64,000 nucleotides of DNA from an uncultured Nitrososphaerota archaeon (GCA_963824385.1 CAWGPD010000004.1:320001-384000); one strand, 5' to 3'; counted from the first letter of the stretch, positions 12,020 to 24,086 are shown. Numbers and translations: made by a program. The notes: a model not told the origin generated them from the sequence alone.

Positions 12020-12180
12020 GCTGAGAAAAAGATCTTAAGAATCCACGAAAGTCCAATCAATGATGCAGGTATTGCAACTACTATCTCTGGCCTTAACTTG
12101 TAGCCTTTAGTCTCATCCTCAAAGAATCTCAATAGACCCGCACTTGATGCTGGCAGTGGTGCAGATTTTTTGCTGCTCAT
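12016..12180 (-). CDS. secG: Preprotein translocase subunit Sec61beta (not in ORF track)
   Basis: Hand translation: MSSKKSAPLPASSAGLLRFFEDETKGYKLRPEIVVAIPASLIGLSWILKIFFSA (54 aa); SAGLLRFFED + single TM; ATGA overlap with the DUF2070 gene. Confidence 0.93.
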   Translation of the reverse strand: MSSKKSAPLPASSAGLLRFFEDETKGYKLRPEIVVAIPASLIGLSWILKIFFSA

Positions 12181-12224
12181 GATATGTCTGTTTCAAGGAT
12201 GTTTAAATAAATACCTTTTTGTGC

Positions 12225-12560
12225 CTAGATCTTGGCCAGTCTTTCTTTAATTGCAATTACCTCATTCATAGCAAACAAGATCTGTTTTTGTTTCTCATAG
12301 TCCTTTTCCTTTTGAAGTGCTTCTGCCAGTTCCTTTATTTTTAGATCCAATGTATCAATAGTAGTATTTCCAGATCTTCGTTCCATTTGTGGTAAGACGG
12401 ATTCAGATTGCTCTTTTATTGCCTCCTTGCCACATGTTATACATAATGCATTACCATCATTCATAATTCTAACACCCTTACAATATGGACAAGGGTCACT
12501 GACCAGTGTCACTCCCTTTAGCAGCATCTCGACTGCTCGTTTTGTTAGCTCTTTTGACAT
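12225..12560 (-). CDS. Autoantigen p27/SSSCA1-like (UPF0148) zinc-ribbon protein
   Basis: EMLLKGVTLVSDPCPYC...CITCG followed by a coiled coil. Confidence 0.85.
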   Translation of the reverse strand: MSKELTKRAVEMLLKGVTLVSDPCPYCKGVRIMNDGNALCITCGKEAIKEQSESVLPQMERRSGNTTIDTLDLKIKELAEALQKEKDYEKQKQILFAMNEVIAIKERLAKI

Positions 12561-12643
12561 AAGATGGAGTTACTTGAACCAAATAAAAAACTTAGAGGAG
12601 GATAAACAAGGCTTAATAGTGAGATTTCGACTTTTTAGTTCGA

Positions 12644-12952
12644 ATGGCGGTAATCTGCAATACTTGTGGACTTCCTAATGATTTATGCGCCTGTGGTGAA
12701 CTTGAAAAAGATCAAACTCAGATTGTTGTAAGAATTGAGGAAAGACGTTTCAAAAAGAAAGGAACAAAGATCGAAGGAATCAATCCAAAGATGAATGATT
12801 TAGGAAAAGTTGTAAAAGAATTAAAGGCTCGTTATGCTTGTGGCGGCACTGAAAAAGAAGGTTATATCTTTCTTCAAGGAGACCATAGAGATACAATAAA
12901 GGCAACGCTTGTTAAGCTTGGATTTCCTGAAGCTAGTATCGAAGTTCATTGA
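12644..12952 (+). CDS. sui1: Translation initiation factor SUI1/aIF1
   Basis: CGLPNDLCAC; LKARYACGGT; IFLQGDHR. Confidence 0.95.
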   Translation: MAVICNTCGLPNDLCACGELEKDQTQIVVRIEERRFKKKGTKIEGINPKMNDLGKVVKELKARYACGGTEKEGYIFLQGDHRDTIKATLVKLGFPEASIEVH

Positions 12953-13974
12953 TATCAAGTTTGGAAAAAATAGATAAGATCATAAAAATTCTTGCCATAC
13001 CATATTCTGGATTTTTGTCAATAATATTTGGAATCATGTTACTTTCATTTCCAATTGGTCTTTATGTGATGTTCAATTCCGAGATTGGAAAAGATATCAA
13101 TTATCAGTATCCCACTGACGGATTGAATTTGTTTTTTGGTGGAATAGGCTACAAGATTCCAGTTTCTTTTGAGATTGGAGATGCGTTTATCATAGCATGG
13201 GCAGCTTTTTTGATACTATTTTCAATCTCATATTTTGGCCCAGAAGATTCTCTATTGAAAACACTTTCAAATCTAATGTCAAGAGGGTGGAGGAGCATGA
13301 AAGGCAATGCACTTGCAAATACGATGGCATGGTTTTCAATTTTAATTTTATTTTCAATAATAATTGAGATAGTTCAGCAAAGCGTTGGAATCAAGATTGA
13401 ATTACCCCAGTCTGATAACAATTTGATCCGTTTCTTTCAGCTAACCACATCTCCTTTGACTGAAGAAGTAGGCTTTAGAGTCATCCTAATAGGAATTCCA
13501 CTTTTTCTAATATATTCACACGTTCCCTCATGGAAGATATTTTTCAAGTCTTTGTGGAGACCTTCAAAATATCTCTACATTGAGAATTACAAAAGACCAA
13601 TGATTTTGATTATTACAATCGGATTATTTTTCGGAGTATCCCATATAATTTCAGGAACCCCGTGGAGTCCTGGAAAGGTGTCACAGGCAACAGTTGCAGG
13701 AATTATAATAGGATGGGTTTATGTAAGATATGGTTTTGCCCCAGCAGTGTTGATACATTGGGCCACAAACTACTTTTTATTTTCATATTTATTTTTCATT
13801 TCAAATCTAAGTCAAAGCCCAACAATAAACGAATCATCAAATCCCTTTTCCAATACATTAGAAGCGATAATCATCATAACAGGAATAATTGCCATAACAA
13901 TCAAGATTTTATCGCATATTGAATCAAGAAAGAACATAGACAAAACAAGTATGCCAAATGATAAATTAATCTAG
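12949..13974 (+). CDS. CPBP (CAAX/Abi) intramembrane metalloprotease
   Basis: PLTEEVGFR, FGVSH, LIHWATN motifs; multi-TM. Confidence 0.9.
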   Translation: MISSLEKIDKIIKILAIPYSGFLSIIFGIMLLSFPIGLYVMFNSEIGKDINYQYPTDGLNLFFGGIGYKIPVSFEIGDAFIIAWAAFLILFSISYFGPEDSLLKTLSNLMSRGWRSMKGNALANTMAWFSILILFSIIIEIVQQSVGIKIELPQSDNNLIRFFQLTTSPLTEEVGFRVILIGIPLFLIYSHVPSWKIFFKSLWRPSKYLYIENYKRPMILIITIGLFFGVSHIISGTPWSPGKVSQATVAGIIIGWVYVRYGFAPAVLIHWATNYFLFSYLFFISNLSQSPTINESSNPFSNTLEAIIIITGIIAITIKILSHIESRKNIDKTSMPNDKLI

Positions 13975-14604
13975 AATTTTTCTAAGAGAGTTTGCTATTG
14001 TAGTATCAGAAAAAGACAGTATGAATCTAAGATCAGATTGATCATCAATATCAAGCATGATCCTTCGAATCAATACAAGTGCTGAACTTGCATTTCGTTT
14101 TTCAGCAGTATTTAGATGTATTTTATAGCTGTCTTCATCATAATGCGTCTCCATTACATTTGTAGGAGTTCTAAACAAGGCATTGGTTCCATCAAATTTT
14201 CGTGATGGTACAACCAAGACACATCGGTCAGACGTTCTCATTTGATATAATGTTTCTACATCTTCTGGCTGTATCAGCGGTATATCTTGTGGAAAGACCA
14301 TCGTTGCCTCAAACCCTTCTCGTGAAAAATAGTCATCTGCAAGTAAAACTGCACTATTGACTCCCTGTTCAGATTCATCATAGATTCCATGTGCTCCAAA
14401 TTTTTTTCCAATACCTAGTGCCTTTTCATCTTTACTTACTAGAACGGTTTTTTCAATAAGGTTAGAACGTGTTACATTTTGTAAAACTGATTCCAACATT
14501 TCCGCACATATTTTTTCAGTCTTTTCTTGAGATAAATTAAGACGTGTTTTGGCTCTCGAGAAAGTTTTCACTGGAATTATTGCGCCAATACGCAAATCAG
14601 ACAT
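13966..14604 (-). CDS. cofC: 2-phospho-L-lactate guanylyltransferase
   Basis: IIPVKTFSRAKTRL, PQDIPL, DGTNAL, LDIDDQSDL; overlaps cofD. Confidence 0.93.
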   Translation of the reverse strand: MSDLRIGAIIPVKTFSRAKTRLNLSQEKTEKICAEMLESVLQNVTRSNLIEKTVLVSKDEKALGIGKKFGAHGIYDESEQGVNSAVLLADDYFSREGFEATMVFPQDIPLIQPEDVETLYQMRTSDRCVLVVPSRKFDGTNALFRTPTNVMETHYDEDSYKIHLNTAEKRNASSALVLIRRIMLDIDDQSDLRFILSFSDTTIANSLRKILD

Positions 14605-15517
14605 GAACTTGTTTTAGAATAAAAGATGCTAAAGCTTCTTCATCTTTCTTGTCCTTCATTCTTATCTTAGTTTCATAAACTTTCATATCCAAGTTTTCTA
14701 TTTTTCTAGTTAGTAATCGGTCTGCAGAATCAATTACAATGTGCGATGCAACTTCAGAATACATTTTTGCCAAACCATAAACAGAAACTTCCATGCCTGC
14801 AGCTTCCATATACTTTGTAGCAGGTCCACTAATTGCAGCATTTCCTATAAGAGGACTAACAACCACCACCTTTTTCTTTGATTTTGATAATTCTTTTCTA
14901 ATTCCTTTAATTGACAAGATTGGTCCGATACTTGTCAGAGGATTTCCTGGTGCGATTATCACTAATTTAGAATCATGTATAGCATTTACTGCAGCTGGAT
15001 TTGCGCGTGCCTTGTCTGCACCAATATACTTTATTCCCTCTACTTTGTCTTGGCCTTTGTATTTTACCCAGTATTCTTGAAGATGCAAGTCTCCCTTGTT
15101 GGTTACAATTCTTGTTTCTACGCTATTATCAGTAACTGGAATAATTTTTGTGTCAATTGCAAATTTTCGGCACATCCATTCTGTGATATCAGACAAGTTC
15201 TTTCCATTCTTTAGCATATTAGTTCTCAAAAGATGAATTGCTGCATCTCGGTCACCGATGTTAAACCAAGTTTCTTCACCTAAAACTTCCATTTGTCGTA
15301 AAAATCCATATGTGTCCTTCTTTATTCCCCATCCTTTGTCAGTATCTAAAATATCTGCCAGTCCGTAGAGAATTGTATCAATATCCGGACAGATGTAAAG
15401 ACCATACAGCCAATAATTGTCACCAACATTAGATATTACAGATATGTCTCGAGTTTGAGTAGCTATACCTCGAACAAGTTTTACAGAACCGGTTCCGCCT
15501 GCAAGAATTGTAATCAT
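14597..15517 (-). CDS. cofD: 2-phospho-L-lactate transferase
   Basis: LAGGTGSVKL, ICPDIDT, WFNIGDRD, HLQEYWV, PGNPLTSIGPIL. Confidence 0.96.
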   Translation of the reverse strand: MITILAGGTGSVKLVRGIATQTRDISVISNVGDNYWLYGLYICPDIDTILYGLADILDTDKGWGIKKDTYGFLRQMEVLGEETWFNIGDRDAAIHLLRTNMLKNGKNLSDITEWMCRKFAIDTKIIPVTDNSVETRIVTNKGDLHLQEYWVKYKGQDKVEGIKYIGADKARANPAAVNAIHDSKLVIIAPGNPLTSIGPILSIKGIRKELSKSKKKVVVVSPLIGNAAISGPATKYMEAAGMEVSVYGLAKMYSEVASHIVIDSADRLLTRKIENLDMKVYETKIRMKDKKDEEALASFILKQVHV

Positions 15518-15602
15518 CGTCTATTTCTCCTGTAAAATAATTAGATTAGACCAACTAAATATTACTCTTACCACTAGGAAAAATTTTCAGCTGTGAAAAT
15601 CA

Positions 15603-16802
15603 ATGCTAAAGTTTATTACTATCAGACAGAGAATTCACACCGTGACTAAGAGAGTTCTTTTAGCATCAACAATTTTGAGCTTACTAGTTTTTGGAACAGT
15701 TGCACCAATTTGGGCAACAGTTGACTTTAACGCATATCTTCCAATCGAAGGAACTCCAATCATACCAGAATTCAAATTTACCAAGAACGTTGAAATCGAC
15801 TATCCAAATGGTGGAAAACTAAAGGATGCACTTATGGGTAAAAATATGACAATATCATTTTCTGACAGTTCGGATAACAATACAAGTATCAAATCGTTTA
15901 TGGATGCAATAAATACAGAGTTTGCAACAGATAGAAAGTCTACTGCAACAATCTCTACTATGAAAGTACAATATCAGATCCAGATCAACGGTGATGACAA
16001 GGGTGCAACAATTGATTATTTGATAATATTAGATCCTACAATTAATGGATACACCTTGAACAAGGGAGGAGGCGACACACCCACAGTATTAGACATATCA
16101 TGGATGGGATTTGTCATGAAGGGTCCAGTAGTTATAACTACCCAACAATATGGTGACTTGGATATCAATTCTCCAATAGGTGTAATACAGAAAGAATTAC
16201 CAGATGTATACAACATATTGAATGGAACTGCAGCAGAGACTCCCTTGAGTGTCAATTTGATAGATGCAAGCCCACTTGTTGGATATACGATTGATAAATG
16301 GAATACCCTTTTTGATCCAGCATATACTCTCACTGAAACTGCAGGGTATGGATATGCAGGACAGAAAGTCGCAGTAACATCATTTGCGTATGGACAAAGT
16401 GATTTATACCAAGGTTCATTAAAAACCCAAAATGTTGATACTGATTTTACAGCAGATGCAACATATCATTTAACAGTAATTGACAGAGCAAGTTCAGGTA
16501 CAATAGATGCAGCAGGACATGCAAACGGATACATGGTACAAGACACTCCAGCAATTTCCACATTAGCCCAAGTGTCCACAGGATCATCAGTTCAAACAGC
16601 CCAAGGCCTATCAACTACTACAATATATGCAATGGCAGGATTTGCAGTAATAATCGCAATAGGAGTTTTCTGGTTTAGCAATCAAAAAATGAAAGCAGCG
16701 ATGAAAAGAGGTGTAGACACTAGTCCGCCTCCAACATTCCAGTATGAAGAAAGAAAACACTGGGTAGACAAGTTTGATGAAGAAAAGAAAAAGAAGGAAT
16801 AA
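15603..16802 (+). CDS. Secreted, C-terminally membrane-anchored hypothetical protein (start may be GTG at 15642)
   Basis: Signal peptide-like N-terminus, Thr/Asp-rich body, C-terminal TM and charged tail. Confidence 0.8.
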   Translation: MLKFITIRQRIHTVTKRVLLASTILSLLVFGTVAPIWATVDFNAYLPIEGTPIIPEFKFTKNVEIDYPNGGKLKDALMGKNMTISFSDSSDNNTSIKSFMDAINTEFATDRKSTATISTMKVQYQIQINGDDKGATIDYLIILDPTINGYTLNKGGGDTPTVLDISWMGFVMKGPVVITTQQYGDLDINSPIGVIQKELPDVYNILNGTAAETPLSVNLIDASPLVGYTIDKWNTLFDPAYTLTETAGYGYAGQKVAVTSFAYGQSDLYQGSLKTQNVDTDFTADATYHLTVIDRASSGTIDAAGHANGYMVQDTPAISTLAQVSTGSSVQTAQGLSTTTIYAMAGFAVIIAIGVFWFSNQKMKAAMKRGVDTSPPPTFQYEERKHWVDKFDEEKKKKE

Positions 16803-16830
16803 TTTTTAAAAAATTTATTTTAAAAAAAAA
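16801..16830. terminator. Probable bidirectional T-tract terminator between the convergent CDS and rnpB
   Basis: aatttttaaaaaatttattttaaaaaaaaa gives T-runs on both strands directly after both 3' ends. Confidence 0.55.
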
Positions 16831-17110
16831 GTGCGTGCCAGCCGTAACCCTCCTTCTGTTTTAACGATATTACGCTATGCGGCCTACCTAAACAAAGTGC
16901 AGCGCTTATTGTTTGATTTGGCCTTTCTCCGCGCGGGACAGATTTTTCATTCCTTACTGGAAACCTCAGGCTTTACCATCATAGTATGCCAGGTTGGATT
17001 TTTTTCTGTGCTGTTGCCAATCATCTCTGACTATCCGTCTCCGGATCGCACTTGCTGCATGGAGGGAGGAGTTTCCTCTGCCGTGGCAGTGATCGTTCAC
17101 CGGCTCGCAC
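16831..17110 (-). ncRNA. rnpB: RNase P RNA
   Basis: Minus strand carries GAGGAAACTCC (CR-I/P4 5') near the 5' end and ACAGAAGGAGGGTTAC (CR-V/P4 3') near the 3' end. Termini GTGCG.GCC / GGC.CGCAC pair as P1. GC-rich island followed by poly-T. Confidence 0.95.
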
Positions 17111-17256
17111 CTGATAGCAAGCATCCAATTTACTATTTTAGGATTAGCATAGAAGAAGGAACAATCAGTGCATCATATGGGCAGTAAATTTGTGTGCCTG
17201 TTACAGGTAACGAGTAGAGATTTATTCATCCATCCAGAGCTCACCGATATATTCAC

Positions 17257-19589
17257 ATGACACATGACACTCATGCAGGACTTGTTCGTAGCCTCTCATT
17301 ATTAGACATAACAATGATTGGGATTGCCGCCATGATTGGTGGTTCTATCTTCAATCTAGTAGGTCCTGCCATGTTTGAGGGAGGGCCTGCACTTCTAATT
17401 GTATTTGTAGCTAGCGGAGTTATCAGACTTCTTTACTGCATTAACATATGCAGAGTTAGGTTCTGCATTTCCAGAAGCAGGAGGCGGGTACAGATGGGTA
17501 AAAGAAGGCCTTCCAAGACCAAATGCTTTCATCAGTGGGTGGATAGCGTGGTTTGCTCACATGATAGCAGGTAGTTTGTATGCGGTATCAATTGGAGATT
17601 TTGTTGGTAGTCTACTAACAGGTATTGGAATGGCATCACATTACGGAGGAATTCCACTAAGCAAAATCATTGCCATAATCTCCATAATATTATTCACATA
17701 TGTAAATTACAGAGGAGTTTCACTTACTGGAAAAATTGGAAACGGACTTACAATAATGCAACTCATAATCATCATAATTCTCATTTCATCTGGAGTCTAT
17801 GCAATGAGTTTTGTCAACCATAACTGGGCAGTAAACTTTCAGCATTTTATTCCAAAAGGTATAACTGGTTTTATCTTGGCAATGGGAATTACGTTTATTG
17901 CTTTTGAGGGATATGAGATAATTGTCCAAGCTGGCGAGGAAGTAAAAAATCCAAAGAAGAACATACCAAGGGCAATTTTCATCACATTAGGAACTGTAAC
18001 TGTACTGTATGTAGTTTTTACTTTTGTTTTTCTTGGAGGTCTTGACTCTTCAAAGATCGGCAAGGAAGTATGGCAATACATTGGCGACCATCAGGATGTA
18101 GGAATTGCAAAGGCTGCACAGTATCTCATTCCATATGGAACAATATTGGTATTTGTTGGAGGCATTGTTTCAAGTATAGCTGCTCTTAGTGCCACTACGT
18201 TTTCTTCAAGTCGTGTATCTTTTGCAATGGGCAGACAATACAATCTCCCATACATTTTCAGTTCCATCCATCCCAAATATCATACTCCTCATTTTGCAGT
18301 AATCGCCTCTGGGATCATCATGTTGATCATGGCATCATGGCTCCCATTAGAGCAGATTGCACTTGTAGCAGGAGTTATGTTTCTCTTTCTTTTCACTCAA
18401 GTAAACTGGGCTGGAATCAACATTCGAAGATTATATGGTAACAAACTTGATTACGGGTTTAAAATTCCGCTATTTCCACTCATGCCAATCATTGGCATAA
18501 TATGCAAGGCAGGATTGGCAATCTTTCTGTTGATTTACAACCCACTAAGCTGGGTAATTGCAATCATTTGGATACTAATCGGATTTTCAATTTATAAATT
18601 GCATATATCCAAAAAAGAAATTGAACATTATGCACCTTTAGTTGCAAACATAGGTCCAACAGAAAGAAAGAATTATCGCATAATGGTGGTTTTCAACAAA
18701 AAGACAATTGAAAAGCTAATCAAGATTGCATCCACCATTGCCAAAGACAAAGATGGGGAGATTTCACTTTTAAATGTGGCAACAATACCTCTCCAGATAC
18801 CTCTGTCAATGGGTCACAGATTTGCAGAACCAATCACAAAGTCGTTTGATGAATTAAAAAAGACTCCAGGTTTCGCAGATTATAGGTATCTAGTCAGATT
18901 ATCGCATGATAACACAGAGGCAATTCTTGCAACTGCAGAAGAACAGGGAATAAATCTTCTCATCATGGATTTCTTTGATCTTAAAAATAATAGAAAACTG
19001 TTGTCTCTTACCACGTGTGATATTTTAGGAGTAAGTATTAAGAAAGAATTTGAAACAGAACTATCTCACATAGTTGTATCATACGACAAGGGAAGACATT
19101 CAGACTTGGGAATTGAGATTGCACATGCGTTTTCTAATATCATGGGAAGTAAAATTCGAATCATACGAGGTGTTGTGGAATCTCCAGAAGAAGAAAGAGA
19201 CATTCTAAGTAGAATTAATGAAAAAATGTTTGATATAAGATTTTAGAAAAGTACCAGTGGAACGAGTTTATCCGACAAGCTCTGAAGTCATTAAAGATTT
19301 GCTTGAGAATCTAAACAAGGATCCAGAGATTGTAATTGTAGGAGCTGGAAATCAATCAGATCAGGCATTTAGCCCTAGAACGATGGAAATTGTAGAAAAA
19401 TCTAACTATAGCGTATTTGTTGTAAGAGATTCAAGAATTTCAAACATCAAAGTAAGATATTTCTGGCAAATGATAGCACCTAGATTGAAGGAAAATAGAA
19501 CAATTTACAGCATTTATCGTAGATTATACAGATTACAGCCCAGAAAGAAGACTCCTTCTGATGAGGAATATTTTTCACCAAAGATATAA
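17257..19589 (+). CDS. APC-family amino acid permease fused to C-terminal Usp-like domains; frameshifts near 17427 and 19238
   Basis: LSLLDITMIGIAAMIGGSIF; FIAFEGYE..AGEEVKNPKKNIPRAI; SRVSFAMGR; C-terminal Usp-type alpha/beta segments. Three ORF-track pieces join with single-base corrections. Confidence 0.88.
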
Positions 19590-19626
19590 TTTTATAAAAT
19601 CACATCCAAGAGTTTTAAAAAAATCT

Positions 19627-20124
19627 TCATTGTTCCAAGCCATACTCTTGGGATATTTTCATAACATCATCCATAGTTTTGGCATTAGAATAATCTTCTA
19701 GCAAATATTGATTTAGATCAAAAAATGTATGTCCCCACTTGAATTTACCAATAACAGAATTGGCAAGTTCGCGAAAGTCCATAATATAAAGAACTCCAGC
19801 AATTGCTTCGGCAGTTGTAAGTTTGCCTATCTTGGAATAATTAACAGGGTTACCTGCAAGCAGTGGAGGAAGCTTTCGTGACAGACCTACAAATTTTTTG
19901 AGAAACATATTTTGTGCCAACTCCCATGAACAGTCAATTGCAGTAATAGACTTGGTCAAATCTCTGTCAGATCTTAAGACAAAGTCTTTTGCAAAGGGAT
20001 TGAGAATCATGTCTTTCCCAGTGAGATGTTTTATGCGTTTGGCAATACCAAATTTTACAAGTTTTGCAGCAGTACATTTTGTAGGATCATCTTGTTCAAA
20101 CATTAGAACTTGAATTTGCATCAA
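19627..20124 (-). CDS. tsr3: 16S rRNA aminocarboxypropyltransferase
   Basis: QDDPTKCTAAKL, AIDCSW, RKLPPLLAGNPVNY..KLTTAEA, FKWGHTF. Confidence 0.95.
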   Translation of the reverse strand: MMQIQVLMFEQDDPTKCTAAKLVKFGIAKRIKHLTGKDMILNPFAKDFVLRSDRDLTKSITAIDCSWELAQNMFLKKFVGLSRKLPPLLAGNPVNYSKIGKLTTAEAIAGVLYIMDFRELANSVIGKFKWGHTFFDLNQYLLEDYSNAKTMDDVMKISQEYGLEQ

Positions 20125-20167
20125 GTTGTAGTGTTTTAATCAAGAATAAATTGGTTGAGATTTAGAA

Positions 20168-23100
20168 CTACTTTCCAACATAGGTTACTTGGTAATAGAA
20201 TCTAGTAACTTGATTATCTTTTATTACGTAAACTTTCCATTGCCCATCAGGCATCACATCATTTGTAGCTGCAGGAACGATACTAAATTGTTGCAGTCTA
20301 AGTCCAGACCCAGAATATCCAACAAGGAAATTCTTGCCATCAATTGCCACAGTCTGATATAACATACCAGACTGTGCAGTGGATTGTGTGACAAGACAGT
20401 TTAGATTTTGGCCTATAATGCAAGTTCCGTTTTGTGAATTCACGTTAATACTGACAGCATTTTCATCGCCAGGATTTACTCTAAGTAGGCCATCAAGTTC
20501 CCTAGGATAATAGGTCAGATTACCAATTGGTTTCTCAGCTAGTGTTATAGGAATGACAGAGTCTGAGATTTGATTGACTTTTGTAACAAACATGTCAGAT
20601 TGGGCATGTTTGTCAACTGGCCCAATGGTTAAAGGAATAGTTGTCAGTGTAGGAGTAATTGCAGCCACACTAGATGGGACGGTTTGTGTTTGGTTTGTTA
20701 TAATTGGAATTTGTTTGACGGGTAGTTGATTTACTACATCAAAGTATGCGTTAAAAGCCCCAAATGGTGCTTGTGCTATTATGGTATAGTTTCCAATTGG
20801 AGTATTGGCAGGAATTGTATAATGATAACTAAAGGATCCATATTGATCAAGTGAAACAGTAGCTGTTGGTATGTTCTTTCCTGTCAGCGATGCCACTTGC
20901 CCTTCAGTTGATGACAGTATCATTTGCCATACCAATTGCAAGATCTACAGTTTGAAGAGAGATGATGCTGCTTGTTCGTCCAGTTAGCAAGACAGTCTGA
21001 CCAGGAAGATACTTGCCAGAATCCGTAGTCATGATGAGTCGTCAGACTACCAGAACTGGTTGAAAATGGATCAGATATGTTAAATGATGTTGTGACTTGA
21101 TTTGTAAGATATGTTGCATAAAGATTGTAGGTTCCATTTGGCCAGCTGCCAGGGTGGAATGGAATGGTAATAAAATACTGTCCCCCAGGATTGACATCTG
21201 CAGTACCTTGGTATGCTTGCTGTCCATTAGAATATATCGTAACAGCAACCAGTGAGTTTGCCACAGCAGTTGCAGCATTTTGAGTTGGAATTACTTGGCC
21301 CCAGATATTTGCTACATCAGTTGAGAGATAATTTGTTTTATCAGTCTCGACTGATAGTGGAGATAAACTTTGATTTGATTGAGGGTTTTGAGAGACTTGG
21401 AAAAACAGTTCGGAGTTTGCTTGGTTTGAACTAATTGTTATTCTGTATATTCCATAAACAGCACGGGTTGGGTCTATTGTACCTGAAGCAGATAAATCAG
21501 TAGTTATAACGGCACTGCCTGTAGCATCTGATGTCGGTATAGTCCAAGTCCATGAAAATTGTCCATTATTTACCTGTAATGGGAATGTGATTTGATTACC
21601 AGATGGTTTTACCAGTGTCAGGGTATAGGAATTAGTAGCAACTGAAGACGAAATATGCCCAGTCAGTTGTACGGTATCACCCACACCGTAAACATTCTTG
21701 TCAGTACTTGCAGAAATTGGATTAGATGCGGTACCAGTAAGAGGATTATAAACTGAAAAAGTAGTTGATGCTTGAAGACTGGCACCATATTTACTACAAA
21801 TGTGTAGTTACCTGGTTGACTAAAAATATTTGGCAAAACAGTTTGCGATAGTGAATAAAATCCATTCACGTCAGGAGTTACAGAGTAAGTTACTGGTACA
21901 GGGGCATAAGATTCAGCTGAACCGCCGACCGTAGGACAATTTTTGGAACAGCTACCACCGCCATATCCTCCAACTGTACTACCTAGTGACATTACCTGAC
22001 TTCCATTAGAATTTAAAACAGATACCATAACTTGGACGCCAGTTCCAGATATCAAATCTGGTCTAACTTGGCCTGAAATAAGAATAGTGTCACCATATGC
22101 ATATGATAACTTGTCTAGTAGATATTGAAAATGGTCCTGAATTAACAGGTGTATAAGTAGACGGATTTGCTGAGACTGCAAAAGAAGTGTAAGCTGTTCC
22201 AAAGGGCGATGTAACTTTTACTCCGTAATTTCCAAGTCTGTCAGATATTGCAGGTATAGTGAAACTGTACGTAAAGGTATTACCAGTTCCAGCAGTTACG
22301 AAATCTTTGACATCAAAAGATACAGGTATCGAGCCAGATGTAAAGGAAGACTGAGTGATCTCAATAGTTGGAGATAGACCAGAATTTTGTAATCCGGCTA
22401 GTTGTGTACTGCCACTAACTACTACTGTATCACCAGGAGCATATACCTGTTTGTCAGTAGATATCAAAATTGGCTGACTTTGAACTTGGGTAGGAAGTAA
22501 AACAAAAGTAGTAAATGCAGATGCACTACCATAAGTTGCTGTCACTCGATATATTCCATAAGTTGGATTTACTGTGTTAATAACCAATCCCGAACTACCG
22601 GCACTAGTTTGATATTGATTTGCGGTGGTTATTCTTCCTTGAGAATCTGGATATTGTGACCCTTGAGAAACTATTATGTTAGTTGGATCATATACCTTGT
22701 ACTGTACAGGAGTTAGTGGAATTACTGTTGAAACAGTCCCTGAAAGTACAATAGGTTGCGAAGTTGTATAATTAGAACGATCTGTAGATATGACCAGCGT
22801 TGTCGGTGCAACCTGTGTAGGCGGAATAAAAGCAGCAGAACCTAGTGTAAAAGTAGTTGATGCTTGAGCATTACCATATGATGCAGAAAGTGAGTATGTC
22901 CCTTGAGCAAATCCCAATATTTGATCAGTTTTCATATATGTTGAGAATTTGAGATCAGTTCCAGGATACAATGAAAATGTTTGTTTGAATCCATTTGGTC
23001 CCAAGACAACTAGATTAACAGTAGTAGGAACAGAAGTTACTGCGGGGTTGTTAACAATTTGTGAAACTTGACCGCCAATGTTTACAATATCGCCAAAGAT

Positions 23101-23664
23101 GTAGTTTTGTTTGTCAGTTGAAACAGACATGCCAACCTGGCTAGTGACTGTAGTTGTCGGAGCTGCCCCATTTGAAGTTCCAGGTGTTCCTGTCTTGAAG
23201 GTCCAGTCACTTGGTGAACCAGTATCAAGACCATCATAGATTCTCTGCCAAGTATTACTATCACCTTGCGTATCTGTAAGCGGTGGTGTTTGATCAATAA
23301 TTGTGCCATCGGTTCCCGTTAGTTGCATAATGGCACCTGCTGTTGGAAGCCAATTTGCCACATAATTATAAACAATGAATTGATGGCTTGCAATAGAAGT
23401 TCCTAATGAAATTGTATACGTTTGTTGCAATCCAGTAGTTGCCCCAATCGACCAACCTCCGATATTGACAGGAGAGCTAGTGGGATTATACAGTTCCACC
23501 CATTGCAAGGGAGATTTAGTATAATCACCTGTGGGATTTAGCTCAACTTCATTTATGACAACATGATTTGCTATCTGAACCGCTTGTCCACTAGCTGGAT
23601 AACTTTGTCCAATTACAAGTAAGACTAGAATTCCTACAATAAGGTACGGGTTTGAGAATTTCAT
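20168..23664 (-). CDS. Large secreted protein (~1160 aa reconstructed): lamin-tail domain + tandem Ig/MG2-like repeats; four apparent frameshifts
   Basis: Signal peptide MKFSNPYLIV...; LTD motifs VVINEVELNP, WVELYNP, TPGTSN; repeated [ST]TD[KR]xxY..GD.V..SG modules across ORF pieces 22090..23676, 21663..22202, 20920..21684 and 20168..20941. Confidence 0.8.
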
Positions 23665-23825
23665 CTGCAATACCATTTCAAGGCCATGTTTGGAATTTTA
23701 GGTGTTGATTGTGGAAAAGTTGAGCTAGTTGTTAATGCCCAATATGCCCCATTCCACATAATCAAAATATTCTTTACAAGCATTATAAGTCGTACGTATA
23801 ATTTGTACCAAATTCACTTACAGTG

Positions 23826-24086
23826 CTATGTTTTTTCTTGCTTGTCAGAATCACATGTAGGACATTTATTTTCAGTGATTTTTGCTCCACAGATGGCACA
23901 AATTCCCTGACCAACCTCCCTTAGAATCTGTCTCTTTCTCCTTCCAACAAATACTTTCATTGCAAAAAATAACAAAATTGCAATCAGTGTGGCATACAGT
24001 AGATTCATGCCAGGCAAAGCCATCAATCCTATCATAATACATAAAATTCCTACAATCAGTAGAATTTCCCGTTTTTCAAATTTCAA
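23826..24086 (-). CDS. Small membrane protein with C-terminal zinc ribbon
   Basis: Two TM helices; CAICG...CPTC. Confidence 0.75.
   Translation of the reverse strand: MKFEKREILLIVGILCIMIGLMALPGMNLLYATLIAILLFFAMKVFVGRRKRQILREVGQGICAICGAKITENKCPTCDSDKQEKT

Noticed and set aside
16831..17187. 118-aa plus-strand ORF
   Set aside because: Antisense shadow of the GC-rich RNase P RNA gene.
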